Below, in pieces: positions 12,363 to 22,249 of a stretch of 64,000 bases of DNA (the first letter of the stretch is position 1; each line of letters opens with the position of its first letter). The DNA is from Lama guanicoe (taxonomy: Eukaryota), in assembly GCA_013239625.1 (NCBI GenBank), contig MU056898.1:2013717-2077716 (forward strand), written 5' to 3'. Position numbers and translations under genes: made by a program. The notes beneath the pieces were generated by a model. The model saw only the letters and a program-made list of their open reading frames with translations. It had not been told where the DNA came from and did no database searches.

Positions 12363-14451
12363 CTTTCCCATGTGGCAGCTAGACCCAGGAATGAGACATT
12401 CAGTTCCTCAATCCCGCTGACACGTTTCAGGCCAGGAGGGGCGGCTCCGAGGCGCCAGGGCCTCTCAGGCCTGAGGGTCCAAGTAGAGACCCTGCTCAGA
12501 GCCCAGGAGCAAGGGACTCTGGGCGGAAGGCTGGCGTAGGAAGGCCTCAGGGAGAACAAGGCCCTTTCTCCCCAGTGCAGACTCCGAGCCGCAGTCATCA
12601 AGACAAACGGCAGGAGAGGCCCTCTGGGCTTCCTCAGTTGTGGGAGCCCCCGGGTCCTGCCCTCTGCTCTGGACTAGACGTTCAGAGCAGAAGTCATCCT
12701 CTCCAGGGAGAAGGACCAGAACACTTAAAAGAACTAGGACAGAGTGGCACAGCTCAGAGCAGCTGGACACGTGGCATAGCGACGGTCCTGACCCCGGCCC
12801 CGCTGGTGTGCAGGCCCGCAGGGTGATGGTGGTGACGTGCTCCTGTCACTGGGTGTCCGCCTGCCACACGTGGAGCTCACTGAGCTCGGGGCAGCTGGTC
12901 TCCCGGTCCCCACGGCTCAGCTGTGAGAGGCCACGAGAAGGTGGCCTCATGGCTCAGGCACCGACCAGTACTTGCAGGGACCAGGGGCAGGTCTACCGCC
13001 CTTTGCCCTGTTCCTGCGATAGCCCCTCACCAACCCGTGACACCATCACCTGTGTTTCCCACCTCAGCTCTGCTGCTCCCAATAACCCTGTTTGAATCCT
13101 GAGGTTGTCTCTCCACCCGGCCTGCACACCTGCGTGGGCACCAGTGAGCAAAGGCATGGACACAGCGGGTTGGGAGCACGCGGAGCAGCAGCTGCTGCAC
13201 AACTGGACTACGGTGGTTTAACCGTAGGCAGAAAGCAGCCCGCGGCAGGTCTGCCCGGTACCGTGTACTCGCAAAGTGGGGCTACAGCCCGGGGGTCCAG
13301 CACAGTTCTGGCTGTTTACAAAAGCAGACAGGGGACCAGGGGTACCTCGTCCAGAGGAGATGGAGACCCTGCATCGTGGGTAGGGGGTGCAGGCACTGCT
13401 GGGAGGCCATGTCCCGCGTGACCGTGTTTCCACACGAGAAGAGTGCTGGGTTCAAGTGTGTCACTGGCTTGAGAACGGTCCCTCCCAGCCCCCTACACGC
13501 AGCCTGGATTCAGAAGCAGAGCTGGTTCCAGGGCTGTTCCAGGAAACTTGTGCCATGTCGTAGGGCTGAGGACAGACTCCAGTGAGCGGGCCGTGTTTCT
13601 GGCCACGCGTGGGAAAGAAGGCCAGGCTCCGACTGGACTCTGGTCCAGGTGACTCACCCACCGTCCTTACTCAGAGGCACTGCACTCCGGCAGATCTGGT
13701 GGGGTGAACTGTGCACCTTCTCAAACCTCATTGGTTCATAGCTCAGGTTCAGCCACACGAGCTGACCGTCCAACCTCGCAGGTAAGAGAGGACACACCCA
13801 CCACTGTCTGCTCACCTGCAATTCACTGGGCCGACCCTGTACCAGCGCACCTGTCTCAGGTGCAGGGCTGTGTCTGTAGACAAGTCTGCCTTCTCAGAGC
13901 AGAAGGCGATGTGAGCAAACGTTCAATGCGGAAACAGCGCCAGGTGAGCTGGAGGCCAGGACCCAGAGGGAGGAGGGTGCTGTGAGGGGCTCTCGGGGGA
14001 GAGCAGGAGTTGAGGCCCCAGGACAAGTGGTGGGGGGAGGCCAACACCTGCCAGGGCCACCAGGCGGGCACAAGGTGGGGACGTCAAGGGCGGCCTGGCC
14101 AGAGAAGCCAGGGGACACAGATCTGACAACACATTGCACCTGGATGTACAATGGATTCTCGACACTCCCCGATAAGAGGACAGCCAGCCAGTCTAAAACG
14201 GGGAGCAGAGATGTGAGCAGACACGTAACAAGGGACGTGGACCAGCACAGAGGACGCGGGCGCCTGGTGGGGTCTGCGGACGGCAGCTGAAGCAGCGGTC
14301 ACAGCACAGGACGAGGAGCCCGTCGGAACTCACAGGGCTCTGCCTCTGAGGGGGAGCCTATTGGTGTGAGTCCCGTCACAATACAAGCAGCAGCCCGTCT
14401 GAGCGCTGAGGGCGGGCGGGGGGGGGGCATGGGCCTGGGCCAGGACAGGAG

Positions 14452-14552
14452 GGGCCGGACGCCCCGGGGGGGCCAGCAATGGAGCCGGGACGCCCCAGGG
14501 GGGGCCAGCAATGGGGCCAGGATGCCCCAGGGAGGGGCCAGCAATATGCCGG
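14452..14552. repeat. GC-rich minisatellite, about 32 bp x 3
   Basis: Repeated gacgccccagggggggccagcaatgg unit. Confidence 0.8.
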
Positions 14553-16290
14553 CAACAGCGAGGGTTGGGGCGAGACTGGCAGGATCTGGCACGTGAAGTG
14601 GTGTGGAAAAGAGTATCTGAAAGCTTATAAAATTCAAATTTTAAAGAAGTAATTTCAAAGACAGACGCCAAAAATGTAACGAAAGGCAGTGCTTATACCA
14701 GTAGCTCCGACGGCAACTCAGTTCCACGTTTATCCTGCTCTACTTGAGGCGAAGCTCCGCAGGCCACCACCTTCTCCAAGCCTTGATCATGCACCCACCC
14801 GCATGGTCCTCAGTGCACAGCGGGCCCTCACTCTGCCCTCCCCGCTGCCACGCGCGAGGTCTGTGTCCCTCAGTGCCCGTCTCCCAGGCCCTCCTCGCTC
14901 TCTGCAGGGTGACCTGCTCAGGATGACCCGACGTCTGCCTAACACTGGCCAGGACAGGCCCCCATGCAGCACAAGGATGGTCCTCTGTGCACGACCAGCA
15001 TCCGAGGGGTTTCCCAGGGACCCCTAGGGTGAAGGGACAGGTGAGGGCGGAGAACAGGACTAGTTAGGGATACACCCTGGGCCATATCCAAAGAGAACTA
15101 CTGTCTCCTAATCGCCAATCGGATCCCGGCCGAGATCTGTCACGTCAACACGGCCCACAGAAGCCCCAGGCCAGCTTCTCGTCTCCCCAGTGCAGAAGTG
15201 AGCCCTGAGCAGCAGAGGAGGGACAACACTCTCACGACGTGACAATCACCCTTCAGAGGCCTCCGCCCCCACAGGCAACGAGAGTGTACTTAACAAAAGA
15301 GTCATAAACAAGTACCTTCTCTAAGTTCTACGTTCTTGGAAAGATGCTGCATGCTCAGCCTCTACTAAATCAGAGAAAACCCTACTAACGATTACTTTCT
15401 CTACTTTCCCCCTTCACTGTCTGCCATGGGAGAAGACACTACCAGAGGAGATAAGGTCACAGAACAAAGGGAAACAAGACACTGGCCTCACAGGTGACGA
15501 GGGCAGGAGGTCCCTGCTGGCCCCGAACTAAACGGCGCCAGGTGCAGACGAGGTGTGCGTGCCTGTCTCAAGCTGACCTTCACCGGCACCCCCTCCAGGG
15601 CCGCCACCTGAGCCTGACTTCACCTGGCCAGGGCTGAGGGCAGGGGCACCTTTTCCACGTCTGTCCTCACCGGCAGGCACCTCCTCACCACCTCACTGTG
15701 ACAAGATACCCGTGGACAGACCGCAGCAATAAAGGCACCTGGCCGAGTGCAGCTTGAACACACTTCACTCCCACGACAGACTGTGTTTCCAGAACACAAG
15801 AGACCACAGGTGTGAGGGGCTGCGGCCCAGGTGGGCGTCCCTGAATCTGCACCTGGGAGAGGACTCAGGCGCTGGGGGAAACAGGTGTGCCCATGGGCAC
15901 ACGCGCACATACGCACACACACGTGCTGGCGGTCTGGCAGGGAACCACGAGGGGGGAGGCCGGGAGGTTATGCACAAGAGCCTCTCCTGTACCTGTTTGT
16001 TCCTTTGGGTTAAGCTTACAGATAAAATTTTTTGTGAAATGACAAGGCACCGCCCATTTCCAAAATTTCCACCGCCATGACCAGCAGCCCAGTGTCCGCA
16101 GCGGAGCGATTCACGCACCCAGGGAGGCCTGCAGCCTCTTCCCAGCAGAGCTGGCCCCAGGGGGAGAGGAGGAGGCCGGAGCACCGCTAGGGGCTGAGGA
16201 CAGGCGCCCGGCCCCACCCACGATGCTGAGGGCACCCTTTCCACAGCACGGGCTCCAACCCCCCCACCAATGTCCTGACGCTGGACTCAC

Positions 16291-16409
16291 CTGGCGAGGG
16301 GTGGTGGGCGGGGGGTGGGCCAGCAAAGTCCAGCTTGTCTTTGAGGTCCTCCTCGTTCTCTGTCTGCCACTGCAGGCCCACCTTCTCCCAGAGGTTGGCC
16401 GCCTCATGC
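16291..16409 (-). CDS. DNAAF5: DNAAF5 exon 4
   Basis: [39 protein letters not shown]; acceptor tgcAG, donor CAG|GTGAGT; 119 nt. Confidence 0.95.
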
Positions 16410-16779
16410 CTGCAGCGCAACACAGACTCCATCAGGAGGCTCCCATGGAGGCGGGTGGAGCCCGGAGCGGCTGCTGAGTCCCTCCCGGAGACAGCCCGCC
16501 AGCCGGGCCTCTGCACTGCCCGCTGCTCACTAGCAGTTCTGGAAGGGGCCGACTGCTCTGCGGGAGCCCAAGCAAAGCGCTGTCACCGGACCTCCCAGCA
16601 CGTGGGAAGGGGGGCGGGGGCGGGGCTTCCCTAAGAGACGGAGCTGCTGGGGGTGGCAAGTCAGGGAATCCCCTGGCAGGACACCCGGTGAACCAGAAGG
16701 CACGCCACGGCGGGCCCAGCACCTGACACAGGGTGTGGGTGCCAGGAAGTGCAGCACCGCGGGCGGCCTCCCCACTTAC

Positions 16780-16904
16780 GCGATTTCAGGTATCTCGTCG
16801 TCAAGGCTGCTCAGCAGCAGTGGGATGAGCTTGTGGAAGAAGGAATAGCGGTCCCGGAGGCGCAGCAGCCAATCCCCCACCACGCGGGTCACCGCCTGCC
16901 GCAC
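16780..16904 (-). CDS. DNAAF5: DNAAF5 exon 3
   Basis: [41 protein letters not shown]; acceptor gcAG, donor GC|GTAAGT; 125 nt. Confidence 0.95.
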
Positions 16905-17289
16905 CTGCGTGTACAGCAAGGGAACAGCCTTCACGCCGGGCAGGGGCAGCCCGCCCCATCACCGGCGGGGCCCCACAGCCGGCTCAGGCATGCCCCCAGC
17001 TCCATGACCACATCTCAGCCTGGGGATGAAACATTAGGGTCTGACTGTCTCCAGCCCACATCCTCCGGGCTCAGCTGGACCTTCTGCTAGCCTGAGCCAA
17101 ATGCCCAGCAGGGCACCAACAGCGGAGCAGGTGTGCTGGCTAAGCTCCAACATTCCAGGGCAGACCCCTGCCAACGCCTATGTGGTCACATTCTTGAAGC
17201 TTCACTGACTGGGTCAGTGTATTCTCCCAGCTACATAAATCACAGAACCCCATCATCTACATGAAACACAGTTAGAGCCACAGCAACGC

Positions 17290-17815
17290 GCAGAGGGGGG
17301 GCCCTGACAGCCAGGGTGACCCCAGGACTACTGAGGGCACCAGCCTGTCTGTGGACAAAGTCTGGTCCGTCCACACTGTGGATATTACTCAGCCTTAAAA
17401 AGGAGCAAAGCACGGACTCCTGACACAGACAGATGGACCTCGGAAACACGAGGCTGAGTGAGAGGCAGTCACGGCAGACCACATGTTGACTCCACTTCCG
17501 TGAACCTCGTCAAATCCAGAGACAAAGATCTGTAGTTATCAGTGGCTGCAGGGAGGGGAGGGTGGGGAGGTATCACTTAGTGGTTACCAAGCTTCTGTTT
17601 GGGACGATTAAAAAAAAGCTTTGCATGGTGGTGATGGTTGTACAACATTGTAAATATATTTAATACCACCTAACTTTAAAAATAACTAAAATGGCAAGTG
17701 TTACACATGTTTTGCCAAAAGTTTTAGAAATTAAAAATATACCAAAAACATTCAACACTACACAGGAGAAATGTACAGTATGTGAATTATAGCTCAAAAA
17801 GCTGTTCTAAAAAAT
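17290..17815 (+). mobile_element. L1MB/MC-type 3' end(s)
   Basis: atattactcagccttaaaaagga...ggtggtgatggttgtacaacattgtaaat with A-rich tails. Confidence 0.75.
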
Positions 17816-18273
17816 AAAAATAAGAAGGCCCAGCGTGCCTGTGGTCAGAGGCAGGGCAGTGCTAGAGAGCAGTTTCGGAGGTCACCAGACCGGGGCCCCA
17901 AAGCCGGAGGGAACAAACTACCCCAACACGCCCACCCCGGCTGGGTCCTCCTCCCAGGCCTGGCTGGCCAACCTCTGAGGCTTTTCAGCTGGACCGCCTT
18001 GTTGGAGCGGCATGTTGCAGATGCGCTGCACCCAGTTTGGATTTTCTTCCTAAGAGGAAACAGTCCTCTTTCACTTTCCTTGGGATTAGAAACAAGAAGG
18101 TATTAAGATGACTCAGCCCTCCCCTCATTTCTCAAAGACGTGAAACAGGACTGCTCTGCGCCTGGGAGGGAGGAAAGGCCACTGGTGTCATGGGTAGTAT
18201 CTTTAAAACAAAAGTGAGTGAGTCACAAACAGCTCAGTGGCGTGCTTCCGGTGGAGAATGCCCTGCCCGCTAC

Positions 18274-18458
18274 CTGGGGGACGTTGTCAAAGAGCCGCTG
18301 AGCAAAGTGAGGAAGCACATCATCCACTGACTTCCCGCTGCCAAACTGGACGACCGTGCCTGTGGCCTCGATGATGGCCACTCGCACCTTCCAGTGCTGG
18401 TGGGAGATGCTCTGCATCAGGGGACCGACCAAAGACTCCGACTGCATGTGGAAGTGGT
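18274..18458 (-). CDS. DNAAF5: DNAAF5 exon 2
   Basis: (D)[26 protein letters not shown]...[11 protein letters not shown]; acceptor cacAG, donor CAG|GTAGC; 185 nt keeps frame. Confidence 0.96.
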
Positions 18459-19162
18459 CTGTGGGGCAGGGAGACCACCAGTTACCAGTGGAGCCCATGC
18501 GCCTCAACTGTGCCCAGCTTGGTTCAGCGAGCCAAGCACAGCTCTGCATGCTGGCGCCGGCACCGGCACTGGGAGAAGCGACCCAAACAGCACCTACCCG
18601 ACTCAGAGGCTGAGGGGACCAAAGGGAAAAGGCGAGGGCTTAACCCCATCTCAGCTGACAGGAGCTGTGAGGGGGCATCCCAGCCTGGAGACTCCTGCAT
18701 GGCCCGGCGTCCAGGTGAGCCCGCAGCCAGACACCCAGCACTACCGCTGGAAGCTGGACCTGCACCGCTTTAGTTTAAGCAGAGCCACCCCACTTCCTGT
18801 TTGTAAGGTCCTCACGGAAAGTCGACCGGAGGGCTTGGTTCTGCAGTTCCGGGCTCAGTTCTGCCGCTGTTCCAGATCCTTAAGAACCGCTATTTCAATG
18901 ACACTTTGGGCGAGTTCTTTCACCCCCTGGGTGTTCAGATCAAGACTGGCTCTTGGTTCACTACTGCCCAGTGCGATGGGAGCCAACGGACAGGTCCCTC
19001 GCGTCGGAGCGGACAGGGCAGAAGGGACGGTGCTAAGATAGGGAAATGCTTCGAGCATGAGACAGTCCTTCACTCAACAGTGAGCCCCCACTACGGGCAG
19101 GCACTGCGCTACGCGCTGGGAGACAGCGGGCGCGGTCCGAGTCGGGTGTGGGGAGGGGGCTC

Positions 19163-19198
19163 GGGGACTAGGGGACTTGGGGACTAGGGGACTAGGGG
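19163..19198 (+). repeat. (GGGGACTA)n short tandem repeat within a G-run cluster
   Basis: ggggacta ggggactt ggggacta ggggacta gggg. Confidence 0.85.
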
Positions 19199-19225
19199 CG
19201 GGAACCAGGAACAAGGAGCAGGCAC

Positions 19226-19844
19226 CTGGCGTGGCGCGCGCCAGGGCGGCGGCGCAGTCGCAGCTCTCGCGGCGCACGGCGGCGAAGGGGTCGAGCAGCG
19301 TGCAGCGCAGCACGCGCACCGCGTCGTCCAGGTGGGGCGCGAGCGCGGAGCCGCCCAGGCGCACGGCCAGGCCGAGCAGCTCCACGAGCGCCAGGCGCAG
19401 CTCCTCGCAGGCCTCGGGCGGCGGGCGGCGCGCGGGCCCGGGGCCGGCCAGGCGCGCGGCGAGTGCGGGCAGCAGGCGCGGGAGGGCGTCGCGGGGCCGC
19501 GCGGCGCGCCGCAGGCCCAGGCCCAGCAGGTGCACGGCCAGTGCGCGGCAGCCCTCGGCCGGGTCGGCCAGACAGCGCAGCAGGCGCGGCAGCAGCAGGC
19601 GCGCCCAGGGGCCCTGGAAGGCGGCGGCCGCGGCGGCGGGGTCGGCGTCGGGCGCCTCGGGCCGTGCCGCCTCCAGCGCGCGCTCTAGCGCCTCCAGCGC
19701 GCGCCGCCGGCCCAGCTTGCTGTCGGCCTCCAGCCCGGGCTGCAGGCGGGTCAGGGCGCGGCTCAGCTCCGCCGCCTCGGCCGTCTCGGCCGCCTCCGCC
19801 GGGCCCGGGGGCGCCGCGGCCTCCGCCGCCACCAGCGCCGCCAT
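19226..19844 (-). CDS. DNAAF5: DNAAF5 (HEATR2, dynein axonemal assembly factor 5) coding exon 1
   Basis: ATG at 19844 in AAGATGGCGG; translates [12 protein letters not shown]...[17 protein letters not shown]...[16 protein letters not shown], matching the mammalian DNAAF5 N-terminus; donor CCAG|GTGCC; 619 nt, phase 1. Confidence 0.96.
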
Positions 19845-20494
19845 CTTCCTCGCGTTGCCAGTCACCAGGGGCGACCGGCGCTTTTACGACGGCCACGGCG
19901 CGGATTACGGCGCGTCTTCCGGTCGGCTCCGAGCGCAACTTTATTAGCAGCTCGCGGGGCGGACAGGACAGGNNNNNNNNNNNNNNNNNGGGGTTGGGGG
20001 CGGGGCCGGGGGACGCGAGCGGCGCGAGGCGGGAGCGACTGGAGAGCGGCCGAGGGGACCCGAGGGAACTCGTGCGTCGCCCCGGGACGGACGGCTCGGC
20101 TCCACGCCTGCGCTCTGGGGGCTCCTCCGGAGCGCCGTCCTCCCGGGGGTCGGGGGCCGCGCTGCGGGGCGGACGCGCGCCTGGTGGCGCCGTGGTGATG
20201 CGTGGTGATCGTGTCCCTTCGTGTCTGCGGGGGCTCCCGGGGCCCTCGCGTCCCCGGCAGGCGTGGGCTGGGCCGGCTGCGTGGGGTGCGACGCCTCCCC
20301 CGGCCTCGGGTCTTGGTCTGGTGGGCCTGCAGTTACGCTGGTCCTGAGGGACGAAGGCGAGGGAACCCGGCCTTGACTAGGAAGGCTTCCCGGAGGTAGT
20401 GGCGGCGCAGGTGAAGGGTGGAGGTAAGTGACAGTTAAGTAGGTGAAGGGGTGCGAGGTTGCGGGGGGGGGCAGCATGGACAGGCCGGGTGGGA

Positions 20495-20825
20495 GGGTGG
20501 CGGCCACGTGTCCCCCACAGTTCGTGTGTGGCCGTCTTGACCCCCAGACTTCGAGTGTGACGCTGCTTAGAGGCAGGTCGTGCAGGCTCATCAAGTGAGA
20601 GGGGTCTTGGGTGGGCCCTGATCCACGTGACTGTGTCCTTGAGAACAGAGGCCTCAGAGACGGACCCGGCGCACCCGGAGAGCGCGGCGAGGTGAGGGCA
20701 GTGGCCTGAGGAGGAGCCGGCCTGCTGCCGCCCTGACAGACTGGCGTCCAGAATGGTGAGGAGATAAACTGCTGTCTTTAAGCCGCCCAGTTTATGGTGC
20801 ATTGTTTCGGCAGGGACAGGCACGA
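20495..20825 (+). mobile_element. MLT1 (MaLR) solo LTR
   Basis: tgtcccccacagttcgtgtgtg...gataaactgctgtctttaagccgcccagtttatggtgcattgtttcggcag resembles MLT1A/B. Confidence 0.75.
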
Positions 20826-22249
20826 GTTCGGGGAGGGGGGCCTAACCGGGATCCAGGAGCTGAAGGAAGCATCTTGTGGCCAGAGCGCAGGGACCCAGGG
20901 GGTGCGGGGTCCTCTGGGGGGCAGACCACGCAGGGCCTTTACCGTGAAGCGGCGGGGGACACGGAAGGATTTGAGGTGGGAGAGTTTCACATTCAATGCC
21001 AGGTTCGCATTTTGAAAGACTGCTTTGGCTACTGAAGAACAGAGCAGATAGACGTGAGACCGCTCAGAAGGCCGCGGCGGAGGTCAGGTGGGACGTGGTA
21101 AACCCTTCAGCGGGGATGGTGGGGACTCACTTGTCCCTCCTCTCTTCCAAGCACAGCTGAATACCCTGCGGGGAGTTCAGCAGACAGTGGGCACGGGCTC
21201 GAGCTGGGAAGAAGACAGGCTGGCCGGGGACCCCAGCACCCGAGGAGTGGTCACGGGCTGGGTCCCCGGCGTGTCTTTCTCACTTGCAGGCTCCCGGCGT
21301 AGGTGCCCAAGGAGCAGCCAGAGCTGCAAGCAGGCTGCTGAGGGTGCTGCTCAGCTGCTTCTGGAATCCGTGGTCTCTGCCCAGCATCTGTCCTGTGTGG
21401 CCCGGTCCCCGCAGGGCCTTGCACTGGCAGGAGCCTTCCCTCCAGGGCATGTCCCTAGGTGACAGCCCGCAGAATCAGCAGTACACCTGAGTTGTTGGTG
21501 TGACTGCCCAGCACCCTCCTGACAGCCTCCCTCTCTCACGTCCAGGGCTGTCCCCAGTGTGCCCTTTCGATAAAACCCCTGAGAGGCTTACAGAGACCCC
21601 ACTCCTTCTGGTCTGAACTGACCCATCCAGTGTTAGCCCAGGGACCCCAAAGCCCTCCCCTAGGGACCCTAGTTAAGCTGTGTGCCCTGGGCGTGTCGCT
21701 CCCTCTGCCTGCTCCCTGCTTGACTTCCTCCCTGACCTGTGAGTCAAGCTTTACTGTCCCGCTTCGTCTTAAGGCCTTTGTTGAACCGTCAGACACCCTG
21801 GCTCTACCTGACAGCTGTTAATTTGGCAAAGGCATAGCACAGGCAAAACGCTGCAAGAGAAGCCACCTCCCTCTGACCATGGGACTGGGCTGGGGCTGGG
21901 GGTGATAGAGACCTAGCAGGCAGCCCTGCCCCGCCCCGCAGACTGCCCTCCGTGACAGCAGCGATGGCCCTGCAGCCCGCCTGGCCCTGCTACACAGCTG
22001 TGGCGCTGGTGGCGCTCCTGGACTCCTGCCTGCGGGAGCACAGAGCCCCGGGCCTGGCAGGTGCTGCCCTGCCCCCAGAGCAGTCGCAGGACACCGGGCA
22101 GCCTAGTGCCTTCCGATGCTGCAGGTGGTACCACCAAAGATGGAGCTGCAGCCAGGGCAGCACCAGGAGGGCGTTGCAAGGGCTGCGAAAATATAACTGT
22201 CTCTGGGACCACAGGCCACGACTCGGCTGGAATCTACACACTAACCCTA

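Larger units (their letters stand above)
19100..20430. promoter_or_regulatory. CpG island / bidirectional promoter shared by DNAAF5 and the distal PRKAR1B start
   Basis: Very CpG-dense; YY1-like AAGATGGCGGC over the DNAAF5 ATG, X-box-like GTCACC-AGG-GGCGAC at 19861-19875, ETS core CTTCCGG at 19916-19922, GC boxes near 19997; N-run at 19973-19989. Confidence 0.88.

Noticed and set aside
15316-15364. Possible 46-49 nt cryptic DNAAF5 exon on the - strand
   Set aside because: Weak GTACTT donor and short pyrimidine tract; exons 4 and 5 already join in frame.
19845-19865. In-frame GTG extension (MTGNARK) of DNAAF5
   Set aside because: An ORF-caller alternative start; the ATG at 19844 has good Kozak context and matches the known N-terminus.
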